The notes beneath the pieces were generated by a model. The model was given only the letters and a program-made list of their open reading frames with translations, was not told the DNA's origin and did not search any database. A program made the translations under genes and the position numbers. Below, piece by piece: positions 19,294 through 28,501 of a DNA stretch of 64,000 nucleotides (positions are counted from its first letter, which is position 1; each line of letters begins with the position of its first letter). The stretch spans positions 1-64,000 of the forward strand of contig JBBQUR010000014.1 of NCBI GenBank assembly GCA_038212275.1, given 5' to 3'. The DNA is from Planctomycetota bacterium (lineage in GTDB: Bacteria > Planctomycetota > B15-G4).

Positions 19294-20988
19294 ATGGCTT
19301 TCCGGCCGGCTTCTGGCGTCTTTCTGGCCTGCGCGTGTGCCTTGGCGGTGATGACCCCGTCGGCCCGGGCCGATCAGCCCGCCGAGGCCCTCCCGTTCCC
19401 GATGCTGGCCTCTCAAGGCGCACCAGCGGAAGGAATGAGGTGGCTCCCCGACCCCGGACTCCTGTCCGTCCTTGCGGGCATGCGCGCCGTGACGCTCGTG
19501 GACGTGCCGCTGCCCGGCAGCGAACCCGCCACGCTGGAGTTGCAGCGCGTGGACGTGGCTTCGGCCCACTCGATCCTCGCCATCAACGGCACGGCTCGTC
19601 CGCAGGCTGCCCTCGACGACGGCCTCTCGCTCTGGGCCGGCCACGTCGCGGGCGACGCGGCCAGCGACGTCTTCCTCGCCTTCTCTCAGGCCGGCTCACG
19701 CGGCTGGATCCGTCGCGGCCCGCAACTGCTGCATCTCATCGCCCAGCCCGACGCGCTGGGCAGCTGGTCGGCGGGGGGCAGCCGCTGGTTCAGCGAGGAG
19801 CAGCTGCGCGAGGCGGGAGCCGTGCCACCCGGCGCATGCCAGTCGGCCGAGATCATGCAGCCCTTCGCGACGGACCTGCCGCGACTGCAGAGCGCGAATC
19901 CTGCGGACAGCGGTCCGATGCCGCTGCTCGAGGCGCGCATCGCACTCGAGACGGACTACCAGTTCTTCCAGCTCTTCAACGACCTGGATGCCGCACGCAC
20001 ATACGCGTTGACGCTCTTCGGCGCGATCGGTGCGCGCTACCGCGAGCAGATCGGCGTGATCATTACGCTGCCGTATCTCGGCCTGTACACCAGCAACAAC
20101 GACCCGTGGTTCAACCAGGATGTCGGGGGCAGCAGCATCGACGTGCTCTACGAATTCCGCGATGCGTGGGGCACGGGCTTCGGCGGTGCGCCACCCGTCG
20201 AGGCCACCGTGTATCACCTCATCAGCGGGGCGAGTCTCGGCGGGGGCGTCGCCTACCTCGGCGCGCTCTGCAATGCCGACTACGGCTTCGGCGTGACCGG
20301 AAACCTCGGAGGCATCACGCCGTTTCCAATCGTGCCCGCCGGCGCGCTCAACTGGGACTTCGTCGCGACGGCGCACGAGATTGGCCACAACTTCAACGCG
20401 GATCACACGCACAACTACTGCCCGCCGCTCGACGAATGCGCGCCGCCCGGATACTTCGGCGGCTGCCAGTTCTCCCAGAACTGCACGACTCAGGGCACGA
20501 TCATGAGCTACTGCCACCTGTGCTCCGGCGGCTTCGCGAACGAGACCACGTATTTCCACCCGCTCTCGGTCGCCGACATGCGCGCCGCGGCGCTTTCCAG
20601 CTGCATGCCGCTGTTCGAGGGAGTGCTTGCCAGCAACCTCGGCTTCGCCAAGAGCGGCTCCAACGGCCTGCCGACGCTGGAGGTCAGCTACGAAGCGTCG
20701 AACAACACGCTCACGTTCGACGTCTCGCACGCGCCGCCCGGCAAGCCGGGCACGCTGTTCATCTCACTCAGTCAGGCGCTGCTGCCCTTCAAGGGCGGCA
20801 CGCTCGTGCCCGCCCCCGAATTGATGCTCGGAGCAGCCAGTACCGCGGCCGGCACGGTGACACTGCCCCTGATCGTCAACTTCAGTTTCCCGGACGGAGT
20901 GCCACTGGTCATGCAAGCCTGGTTCAAGGACACGGCAGGCACTGTCGCCGCGACGAACGGCGTGCTGGCGGAGCTGTTCATCCCATGA
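19294..20988 (+). CDS. Secreted M12B/reprolysin-like zinc metalloprotease with C-terminal beta domain
   Basis: Signal peptide; IALETDYQF, GGVAYLGALC, HEIGHNFNADH (metzincin), Met-turn TIMSYCH. Confidence 0.9.
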   Translation: MAFRPASGVFLACACALAVMTPSARADQPAEALPFPMLASQGAPAEGMRWLPDPGLLSVLAGMRAVTLVDVPLPGSEPATLELQRVDVASAHSILAINGTARPQAALDDGLSLWAGHVAGDAASDVFLAFSQAGSRGWIRRGPQLLHLIAQPDALGSWSAGGSRWFSEEQLREAGAVPPGACQSAEIMQPFATDLPRLQSANPADSGPMPLLEARIALETDYQFFQLFNDLDAARTYALTLFGAIGARYREQIGVIITLPYLGLYTSNNDPWFNQDVGGSSIDVLYEFRDAWGTGFGGAPPVEATVYHLISGASLGGGVAYLGALCNADYGFGVTGNLGGITPFPIVPAGALNWDFVATAHEIGHNFNADHTHNYCPPLDECAPPGYFGGCQFSQNCTTQGTIMSYCHLCSGGFANETTYFHPLSVADMRAAALSSCMPLFEGVLASNLGFAKSGSNGLPTLEVSYEASNNTLTFDVSHAPPGKPGTLFISLSQALLPFKGGTLVPAPELMLGAASTAAGTVTLPLIVNFSFPDGVPLVMQAWFKDTAGTVAATNGVLAELFIP

Positions 20989-22418
20989 GCACGACCGCAG
21001 ACGCCCGCATCGACAAGGCCCGTGCCGAGAGCTTCGTCGGCCGCGCATGGGATCAGAGCATCATCCCTGCGCTCACGGACTACATCCGCATTCCCAACCA
21101 GTCGCCGCAGTTCGACGCCGAGTGGGTAGCGCACGGGCACATGGCAAGAGCCGTGAAACTGGTCTCCGACTGGTGCCGCAGCAACGCGCCTGTCGGCCTC
21201 ACCGTCGAGGTCGTGGAATTGCCTGGCCGAACGCCGCTCATCTACATGGAGGTTCCCGGCAGCGGCAGCGAGACGGTCCTGCTCTATGGGCACCTCGACA
21301 AGCAGCCGCCGATGCTGCCGTGGGAAGAGGGCCTCGATCCGTGGACCCCGGTCCTGCGTGACGGCAAGCTTTACGGCCGCGGCGGGGCGGACGACGGTTA
21401 CGCGGCCTTCGCATCCCTCACGGCGATCCGCGCGCTGCAGGATCAGGGCCTGCCGCATGCCCGCTGCGTCATCGTCATCGAAGCCTGCGAGGAGAGCGGC
21501 AGCCAGGACCTGCCGGCGTACATCGAGGCGCTGGCTCCGCGCATCGGCACCCCGAGCCTGGTCGTGTGCCTCGATTCCGGCTGCGGCAATTACGACCAGC
21601 TCTGGTGCACGACCTCGCTGCGCGGCATCGCGGGCGGCGTCCTCGAGGTGCGCATGCTCACCGAAGGCGTGCACAGCGGCGACGCGAGCGGCATCGTCCC
21701 CAGCACGATGCGCATCCTGCGCCAACTCATCGCGCGCATCGAGGATGGCGCGACGGGGGCCGTGCTGCTGCCCGAACTCTGGGTGGACATTCCCGAACAG
21801 CGCATCAAGCAGGCGCGGCTCGCCGCGCAGGAACTCGGCTCCGACATCGTCGGCAAGTTTCCGTTCCTGAAGGGCGCTCGACCGCTCGTGAACGATCCGG
21901 TGGAACTCGTGCTCAACCGCACCTGGCGTCCAGCGCTCGCGGTCACCGGACAGTCCGGCATGCCGCCGATCGAAAACGCCGGCAACGTCCTGCGTCCGCG
22001 CACCGCCGTGAAGCTGTCGATGCGCCTGCCGCCGACCTGCGATGCGCACGCCGCGACGGAGCGCATGAAGCAGGTGCTCGAGGCGGATCCGCCCTATGGG
22101 GCGCATGTGAGCTTTCACGCCGAGCCCGGCAGCCCCGGCTGGCACGCACCGGAGTCCGCGCGCTGGCTCGAGGAATCACTCGAGCATTCCAGCCGCAGCT
22201 TCTTCGGCCAGCCTGCAAGGCTCATGGGCGAAGGTGGCTCGATTCCCTTCATGGCGATGCTCGGCAAGCGCTTTCCGAAGGCGCAGTTCGTGATCACCGG
22301 CGTGCTGGGACCCAAGTCGAACGCGCACGGGCCCAACGAGTTCCTGCACATCTCCACCGGCAAGCGCCTGACCTGCTGCGTGGCGCAGGTGCTCGCCGAT
22401 CATCACCGCACAGGTTGA
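20985..22418 (+). CDS. M20 family metallopeptidase (dipeptidase-like)
   Basis: LYGHLDKQPP, LYGRGGADDG, EACEESGS, HSGDASG, GEGGSIPF, NAHGPNE; ATGA overlap. Confidence 0.94.
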   Translation: MSTTADARIDKARAESFVGRAWDQSIIPALTDYIRIPNQSPQFDAEWVAHGHMARAVKLVSDWCRSNAPVGLTVEVVELPGRTPLIYMEVPGSGSETVLLYGHLDKQPPMLPWEEGLDPWTPVLRDGKLYGRGGADDGYAAFASLTAIRALQDQGLPHARCVIVIEACEESGSQDLPAYIEALAPRIGTPSLVVCLDSGCGNYDQLWCTTSLRGIAGGVLEVRMLTEGVHSGDASGIVPSTMRILRQLIARIEDGATGAVLLPELWVDIPEQRIKQARLAAQELGSDIVGKFPFLKGARPLVNDPVELVLNRTWRPALAVTGQSGMPPIENAGNVLRPRTAVKLSMRLPPTCDAHAATERMKQVLEADPPYGAHVSFHAEPGSPGWHAPESARWLEESLEHSSRSFFGQPARLMGEGGSIPFMAMLGKRFPKAQFVITGVLGPKSNAHGPNEFLHISTGKRLTCCVAQVLADHHRTG

Positions 22419-23299
22419 TCCGGCGCAGCATGATCCGCGGCGGGGCGCGGTCGATCGTGGCGGAGATATGCATCGAAGCGCGTGCTGCTTCCGGCGTAGG
22501 TGACATCCGGCGCCTGCCCGGCGAGCTGCGGAGCGTGCCGCGGCCGCTTGACGACGACGCGGCGGGTGGCGCAGGCCCTCGCCATCGGGAGCAGCTCGGC
22601 CGCATCGAGGTCGTCGCCAAGCAGGTCGCGGAACATCTGCATCTGTTTGCGCGAGGCGGCACTGCCGCGCCCGGCGGGGAACATCGGATCGATGAAGACG
22701 ACGTCGGGACGCGACAACGCGGAGGCCTGCGCCAGTTCGACGAGGCGCGTGCGGGCGTCTCCGAAGAACAGCCGCAGACGTCCGCCGAGGCGTGCCGCGA
22801 CGTCCGGGCTGGCCTGCGCACGTCGCAAGCCGTCGGCCAGCAGTGCGGCCACCACCGGATGTCGTTCGACGGCGACCACGTCGGCGCCCAGCACCGCCAT
22901 CAGCGCGCTGTCGAATCCGAGACCGGCGGTGGCATCCAGCACGCTCGTCATCCGCGTCCCGGCGGCGGCCGATCCGCCGGAGGTCAGCCCCACGGCGCGC
23001 GCCAGGAGTTCGCCACCGCCGCGGGCTGCCCTCAATCGTCGGCCGGCGCTGCCGTCGACGAACTCGGCTCTCACGGCCCCGGGTCCGCCCCGGCGGGTGC
23101 TGCGCAACTCGAGCCTCCCGTCCGCCAGCACGAGCAGCAGACCGTCGGTCTCCCGCAGGCTCGCGAGCTCATCGGGACCGTCAGCCATCAGTGTCAGCCC
23201 GAGGGCGGTGGCGAGGGCTTCGGCATCCCCGGTCCTGCCGGCGGCGTCGGCCCAGAGTCCCAGCAGGCCGCGTGCTTTCTGCGATCCGGAAACCGACAT
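22403..23299 (-). CDS. rsmJ: 16S rRNA m2G1516 methyltransferase RsmJ-like
   Basis: VLDATAGLGFD, DVVFIDPMFP, RRVVVKRP, STRFDAY. Start uncertain (23299 or 23326). Confidence 0.85.
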   Translation of the reverse strand: MSVSGSQKARGLLGLWADAAGRTGDAEALATALGLTLMADGPDELASLRETDGLLLVLADGRLELRSTRRGGPGAVRAEFVDGSAGRRLRAARGGGELLARAVGLTSGGSAAAGTRMTSVLDATAGLGFDSALMAVLGADVVAVERHPVVAALLADGLRRAQASPDVAARLGGRLRLFFGDARTRLVELAQASALSRPDVVFIDPMFPAGRGSAASRKQMQMFRDLLGDDLDAAELLPMARACATRRVVVKRPRHAPQLAGQAPDVTYAGSSTRFDAYLRHDRPRPAADHAAPDQPVR

Positions 23300-23381
23300 C
23301 GCGGGGCACGATATCAGTCGGAGCATGGCCAACTCACCGGGGCGGCGCTCCGCGCCAAGGCTCCGTTCTGCGTAAGCACCA

Positions 23382-23396
23382 TAATAATGATTATCA
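23382..23396. promoter_or_regulatory. Fur-box-like 7-1-7 inverted repeat
   Basis: TAATAAT-G-ATTATCA versus consensus TGATAAT-N-ATTATCA (one mismatch); strongly AT-rich patch in GC-rich DNA between divergent genes. Confidence 0.6.
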
Positions 23397-23402
23397 GACG
23401 TT

Positions 23403-25115
23403 ATGGACATCTCTCGATCCCTCGGCCTCTTCCGGCCAGCGCGGGCTGACGTGGACGCCGCGGCCGCAGATCACCGTCGCCGACTGCGCGGCCGCCTGCT
23501 GCTGATCCTCGCCCTGGGTGTCGGCCTCGCGCTGCGGCTGGCCGTGGCGTGGCAGCGCTCGGACGTGAGCCGTGCGTGGGAAGCAGAAGGCTTCCTGCGC
23601 TGCTGGGAGTCGCAGGACTTCATCGGAATCACGCGGCTCCGGCCACCGCTGCCGGGATGGATCCTGCACGCAGCCGCGGAGTTCCTTGCCGCGCAGTCCA
23701 TTCTGGCGGTCCGGTTCATCTCCGTGGGCCTTTCGCTGTTCGGCCTGCTGGGAGCTCTGGTCCTGGGTCGCGTCCTGGCCACGCGGCTCGGACACCGAAA
23801 GCCAGACCAGCAAGCCGGCATGCTGTGGATCATCGGCTGCTGGGCGTTGCTGCCGACGCTGGTGGTCAGTGCGGCGAGCCCCCTCGGCGACAGCCTGCTT
23901 GGCGGCTGCATCTGCCTGACGGTGGCCGCCGCGGTAAGGCTCGTGAGCCATCCCGGGGTGCTGCGGGCTGCCTGGCTTGGCATCGTGCTGCTCGGAGCGC
24001 TGCTGGTCGGCGGCATCGTCGTGGCCTGCGCCGTGCTCGTCGCGCTGCTCGTCTTTCTCGCGCCGGTGCCACCGCTGCGCGCGGCCTGGCTGCCGATGAC
24101 TGCGGTGCTGCTCGCCTTCGTCGGCGGATGGTGGGTACAGCGCGGCGCGGACCCGGACCGGCCATGGATGCCCGATGCAGCCCCCGCCTGGTCGCTCGCG
24201 GCACTCACCGATGCACCGCTCCTCGTGGACGACCGTGAAGCGCTCGACCCGGACGTGCGCGCACTCGCCGTCTGGGAAACCGCCGTGCACCACGCCCGCG
24301 ACATCGGGCCACTGCGCGTCACGCGCGACTTCAGCCTCCGGCTCATCGGTGACCTGCTGAATCCCGCTCGTTTCGACGAAGCGCTCGGCCTGTCCTGGAA
24401 TCTCTGGGCGCTGGGTCTGCTCGACCTGCTGCTGCGGGGAGGATTGCTGATGTTTGCGGTGGCGGCAGCCTCCATGGCGCGACCGCAGATCGCGTCGGCC
24501 TGGCCGCGCGGCGGGCTGATCGTCGGCGTCGTCACGCTGCTGCTCGCACTCGTGCTGTCCGCCACCAATCCCTTTGCCCTCGTGCCGCTCGACACGTTGC
24601 TCCTTGGCGTGGCGGGCGCGGGCATCGCCTGTGCGGACCCCCTCCACCGTGCGTTGCGCTGGACCGCATTCGCCGTGGGCGGCGTCCTGATGGCCGGACT
24701 GGGACTCGGGCCGCTGCTGGCCGAGCAGCCGCTCTCCCCATGGATCACGACGCTCCACGCGGACGGCTATCAGGTCACGCAACTCGTCGGCGCGCTTGCG
24801 GACGGCGGGCCGCAGACGGAAGCGGCTCACGTCTTCGCGGCGAACATGCTGATGGAGCGGACGGCACCCTTCGTCCGCATGCCCGAAGCATCACTCCGCC
24901 ACGCGCTCAGTGCGACGTTCTTCGAGCCGTTCTCGCCGCGAACGGCCATCGCACTGGTGAATGCCTACCTCGACAATCTCGATTTCCCGTCGGCCCAGCG
25001 GATCGCCGACAGCCTGCGCGACGACAACGGGGCGCTCACGCCGCAGGGCCGCGTCCTGGGCAAGTGGGTCGAGGAGTGCGAGCGCGACTGGCGCAGCGCA
25101 CGTGCCCGGCAGTGA
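23403..25115 (+). CDS. Multi-pass membrane protein, GT-C (ArnT/PMT-like) glycosyltransferase-like with C-terminal helical/TPR-like region
   Basis: More than 10 hydrophobic segments; first loop with acidic residues followed by RLRPPLP, then VRF..GLSL pattern. Start may be GTG 23451. Confidence 0.55.
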   Translation: MDISRSLGLFRPARADVDAAAADHRRRLRGRLLLILALGVGLALRLAVAWQRSDVSRAWEAEGFLRCWESQDFIGITRLRPPLPGWILHAAAEFLAAQSILAVRFISVGLSLFGLLGALVLGRVLATRLGHRKPDQQAGMLWIIGCWALLPTLVVSAASPLGDSLLGGCICLTVAAAVRLVSHPGVLRAAWLGIVLLGALLVGGIVVACAVLVALLVFLAPVPPLRAAWLPMTAVLLAFVGGWWVQRGADPDRPWMPDAAPAWSLAALTDAPLLVDDREALDPDVRALAVWETAVHHARDIGPLRVTRDFSLRLIGDLLNPARFDEALGLSWNLWALGLLDLLLRGGLLMFAVAAASMARPQIASAWPRGGLIVGVVTLLLALVLSATNPFALVPLDTLLLGVAGAGIACADPLHRALRWTAFAVGGVLMAGLGLGPLLAEQPLSPWITTLHADGYQVTQLVGALADGGPQTEAAHVFAANMLMERTAPFVRMPEASLRHALSATFFEPFSPRTAIALVNAYLDNLDFPSAQRIADSLRDDNGALTPQGRVLGKWVEECERDWRSARARQ

Positions 25116-25140
25116 ACGCGCCGTGCGCTCCCCCGCCGCG

Positions 25141-27324
25141 TCAGCGCTTCACGTAGCGTGAGATGCGCGACATCAATCGGGGATCCCGCGCGTGGTCGCG
25201 GGTGAGTTCGTTGATCAGCGACAGACCCTTGTCGGGCTGTCCCGTCGCGAACAACGCATCGATCTTGAGCACCCGGAAGTCCAATTCGACGGAGCGGCTC
25301 TCGTCGACGTCCTTCGGGATGAGGAAGTTCAGGCGAGTGAGCGCGAGTTCCGGGTCTCGCGCGGCATGGTCGCGTGCCTCGAGCAGCAAGCTGATGTACT
25401 CCTTGTTGGCGGTCGGCTCGCCCGAGTGATTCTCGAGGAACCGCCGCAGCATCTCGATGGCGCCGCTGCTGTTGCCGGCCCTTTCAAGCAGTCGCGCGAT
25501 GTCGACGCACAGCGCGCTGTCCGACGGATTGTCGAGCGCGTAACGATCCAGAACCGCGTGGCCTTCCTCGAATGAGCCGAGCCCGAGGAGAGCGCGGCCC
25601 TCGAGATACGCATCGCGTGCTTCGGCAACGCCCTTGTCGCGGCGGTTGCGGATGGCGTCGAGTGCGGCTTTTCTCGCCAGGAGCAGTGCAGGCTCGTCGG
25701 CTCTCATCGGCGGACAGCTGACCGAGGCGATGACGGCATCCTTGTCGAAGTCCGGCGACCACCGCCCCGTGTGACACGCAGCGCACTGCATCCGATCGAT
25801 GTCGGCATGCACGAACTGCGGATCGGTGACCTGGCGCACGCTGGAGCTGTGCTGCGCGTAGCTCTGGTGGCACTGGTAGCAGGTCACTCCGCCAAAGGGG
25901 CCATCGAAGCGCGGATCGATCCAGCCGGAAGGGTCGTCGAAGCCCGCGGCGTGGCATGCAAGGCAGGTCCCGTCGTGCATGCGCTGCAGGGGCTTGAGGT
26001 CTTCGAAGGCGCGGCTGTGCGCCGTGCCCTGCCAGAAGCTGAACTGAGCGGCGTGGCACGACTTGCAGTCCGCGGGCTGCGGGATGAGCGGCTTTCCTTC
26101 GGGCACGACCACGGGCTTGAGCCTGGCCGCGGCGAGCGCGGCCTCGATCGCCGCGCCCTGACCGGCGTATGGCGCCAGCGCCGGATGATCGGGACGCGGC
26201 GGCAGCAGCTCAGCGGCGTGGTGGTCCATGAACGAGTCCGTCCAGTTCTCCCAGAGTTTCAGGAACTCCTCGTTTTCGCCGTTCTTGGTGATCGAGTGCA
26301 GGAAGTCGGCCTCGTTTCCAGGTGCCACTCGGCGGGCCCACACGTTGGGATCATCGCTGCCGAAGCGTGCGCGGTACTCCTGCCGCAGCGCCTCGTGCGC
26401 CGCGACCTGCTTCGCGATCTCGTGGGCAGGCGACAGATTGCCGAAGTTCAGATTGCCCCCACGCACGGCCAGGGTCGTCTGGCCGACCTGCGTCCCGCCC
26501 GGCGCACTCGACATGATCGCGGTGTTCTCCTCGATCACGACCTGGCCGGCATCGAACTTCGCGTCGAAGGTGCCGATGATCACGTCGAGTCCGCGCACGG
26601 CCGCGAGCCTCACGTTCGCCTTCTGCGAGACATTGCTCAGCAGCACGACGAGATTCACTCCCTGCTGGTCCCGAAGCTCCCCCACCAGGCGCTGCACCGC
26701 CTCAAGCGAGGTCACCACCGTGGCGCCCGGATACGAGCTGGTGTTCGGCTCCGACTTCGAGGCCTCGTCATCGGCGTGCGCGCCGGTGTTGGTGATGACG
26801 CCCAGCAGGCCGACCTTCACGTTGCCGGCCTGCACCACCATCCACGGCTTGACGTTCGGATGCTTCGGCGCGTCCACGTTGGACAGCAGGACCGGAATGC
26901 CGAGTCGCGCGCAGCGATCGAGCAGGTCGTCGAAGCCGGTCGACAGATCGAGGTGGCCGGGCACGTAGGCATCCACCCGGGCGGCGGCCAGCGCCTCGAG
27001 ATTCGTCCGGCTGAGCTCCACGGCCGCGATGTCGGCGGCCTTGGTGTGCACGGTCCTCGGGTCCGGCAGGACCGTGTCGCCGATCGCGACCAGCAGGGCG
27101 GTGGTGTCGCCCGCCGCGAGCCTGTCGCGCAGTTCCGCCGCCGCCGGAAGCACCGCGATGTCGTCCCGCTGGCAGGGCACCGAAGCGCCGAGACCCTGCA
27201 GGCAGTTGAGGCTGATGATCTCCAGCGTGCCTTCCAGAACGGGTCCGCTCGAGGGCGACGGGGAGGATGTCTGTCCGCAAGCAGCCACCAGAACCAGGAT
27301 GCAGACGGAAATCAGGCAACGCAC
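25141..27324 (-). CDS. Lipoprotein: degenerate 5'-nucleotidase/metallophosphoesterase domain + tetraheme cytochrome c (c554-like) + TPR
   Basis: LVAAC lipobox; AIGD, PVLLSNV, KVGLLGV, LVVLLS, DVIIG; four CxxCH (CKSCH, CLACH, CYQCH, CAACH); W..TAHSRAF; TPR-like tail. Confidence 0.8.
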   Translation of the reverse strand: MRCLISVCILVLVAACGQTSSPSPSSGPVLEGTLEIISLNCLQGLGASVPCQRDDIAVLPAAAELRDRLAAGDTTALLVAIGDTVLPDPRTVHTKAADIAAVELSRTNLEALAAARVDAYVPGHLDLSTGFDDLLDRCARLGIPVLLSNVDAPKHPNVKPWMVVQAGNVKVGLLGVITNTGAHADDEASKSEPNTSSYPGATVVTSLEAVQRLVGELRDQQGVNLVVLLSNVSQKANVRLAAVRGLDVIIGTFDAKFDAGQVVIEENTAIMSSAPGGTQVGQTTLAVRGGNLNFGNLSPAHEIAKQVAAHEALRQEYRARFGSDDPNVWARRVAPGNEADFLHSITKNGENEEFLKLWENWTDSFMDHHAAELLPPRPDHPALAPYAGQGAAIEAALAAARLKPVVVPEGKPLIPQPADCKSCHAAQFSFWQGTAHSRAFEDLKPLQRMHDGTCLACHAAGFDDPSGWIDPRFDGPFGGVTCYQCHQSYAQHSSSVRQVTDPQFVHADIDRMQCAACHTGRWSPDFDKDAVIASVSCPPMRADEPALLLARKAALDAIRNRRDKGVAEARDAYLEGRALLGLGSFEEGHAVLDRYALDNPSDSALCVDIARLLERAGNSSGAIEMLRRFLENHSGEPTANKEYISLLLEARDHAARDPELALTRLNFLIPKDVDESRSVELDFRVLKIDALFATGQPDKGLSLINELTRDHARDPRLMSRISRYVKR

Positions 27325-27395
27325 GGCAACGACCTCAGGGGGCGCCTCTCAAGCGGGCAAACTCTGCAGCACGGCTCGATCGGCTCGGGATCCTA

Positions 27396-27629
27396 TCAAA
27401 CGTGAATCACTTCACGGACCGCGGGGATCTGCTGCTTGAGCCTGGATTCAACACCCACCGAGAGCGTGATCATCGAGGCCGCGCAGTGGCTGCATGCGCC
27501 GCGCAGGTGGACCTCGACGCGGCCGCTGGCCTCGTCCACGCTCACGAGATCGATGTCCCCGCCGTCCGCGTGCAGCATCGGGCGCACCTCATCGAGCACC
27601 TCACGCACGCGATCCTCGAAGCTTGCCAT
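27396..27629 (-). CDS. NifU/Nfu-like Fe-S cluster carrier
   Basis: VRPMLHADGGDIDLV..V.L.GACSHC..S.ITL..GVE. Confidence 0.92.
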   Translation of the reverse strand: MASFEDRVREVLDEVRPMLHADGGDIDLVSVDEASGRVEVHLRGACSHCAASMITLSVGVESRLKQQIPAVREVIHV

Positions 27630-27757
27630 GAATCCTTTCGTGTCGTGTGTCGCGCGCCGGACACCCGGGCCGCCGTGGCCCATGCGTGCCGGACTGGTTC
27701 GGGAGGGAGCGCGTGAATGATAGCCTCTCTCCCACGAGTTTCCGGAGTGCGCTGCTG

Positions 27758-28501
27758 ATGACCGAGGTCGTGATCGCTTCCCAGTTGTGCAAGACCTACA
27801 AGGGAGCGAAGGGCAGCCGCACCACGGCGGTGAAGGACGTTTCCTTCGGCTGCCGCGCGGGCGAGGTCTTCGGGCTGCTTGGCCCCAATGGCGCAGGCAA
27901 GACCACCACGCTGCGCATGCTTTCCACGGTACTCACCCCCACCGGCGGCACGGCGGTCATCGCGGGACACGACGTGGTCGGCGACCCCGGCGGGGTGCGT
28001 CGCAGCATCGGCTTTCTCTCGGGCAACACGGGCCTGTACCCGCGCCTGACGCCACGCGAGGTGCTGACCTACTTCGGCCGCCTCTACGGCATGCCCGACC
28101 CGCTCATCCAGCAGCGCATCGCGGACCTGTCGCGGGTCTTCGGCATGGACGATTTCCTCGGCAAGCGCTGCGACGCGCTTTCCTCGGGCATGAAGCAGAA
28201 GGTCAACGTCGCGCGCACCGTCCTGCACGACCCGCCGGTGCTCATCCTCGACGAGCCGACCGTCGGCCTCGACATCCTCGCCTCGCGCACCATCGTCGAG
28301 TTCGTGCAGGACTACCGCGCACGCGGCAAGTGCGTCATTTTCTCCACGCACATCATGGGCGAGGTCAGCCGCCTGTGCGACCGCCTCGCGATCGTGCACA
28401 AGGGCCGCGTGCAGTTCCTCGGCACGCTGCCCGAACTGCGGGAGCGCGCCGGGGCCGACCTCGAGCAGGCCTTCCTCACTGTCCTGGAGCAATCCACGTG
28501 A
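27758..28501 (+). CDS. ABC ATP-binding protein (NatA-like)
   Basis: [33 protein letters not shown]. Confidence 0.92.
   Translation: MTEVVIASQLCKTYKGAKGSRTTAVKDVSFGCRAGEVFGLLGPNGAGKTTTLRMLSTVLTPTGGTAVIAGHDVVGDPGGVRRSIGFLSGNTGLYPRLTPREVLTYFGRLYGMPDPLIQQRIADLSRVFGMDDFLGKRCDALSSGMKQKVNVARTVLHDPPVLILDEPTVGLDILASRTIVEFVQDYRARGKCVIFSTHIMGEVSRLCDRLAIVHKGRVQFLGTLPELRERAGADLEQAFLTVLEQST

Noticed and set aside
18507..22418. 1303 aa ORF in the track
   Set aside because: Only the part from ATG 20985 (M20 peptidase) is protein-like. The upstream part is an open frame over tetR (antisense) and M12B (off-frame), caused by high GC.
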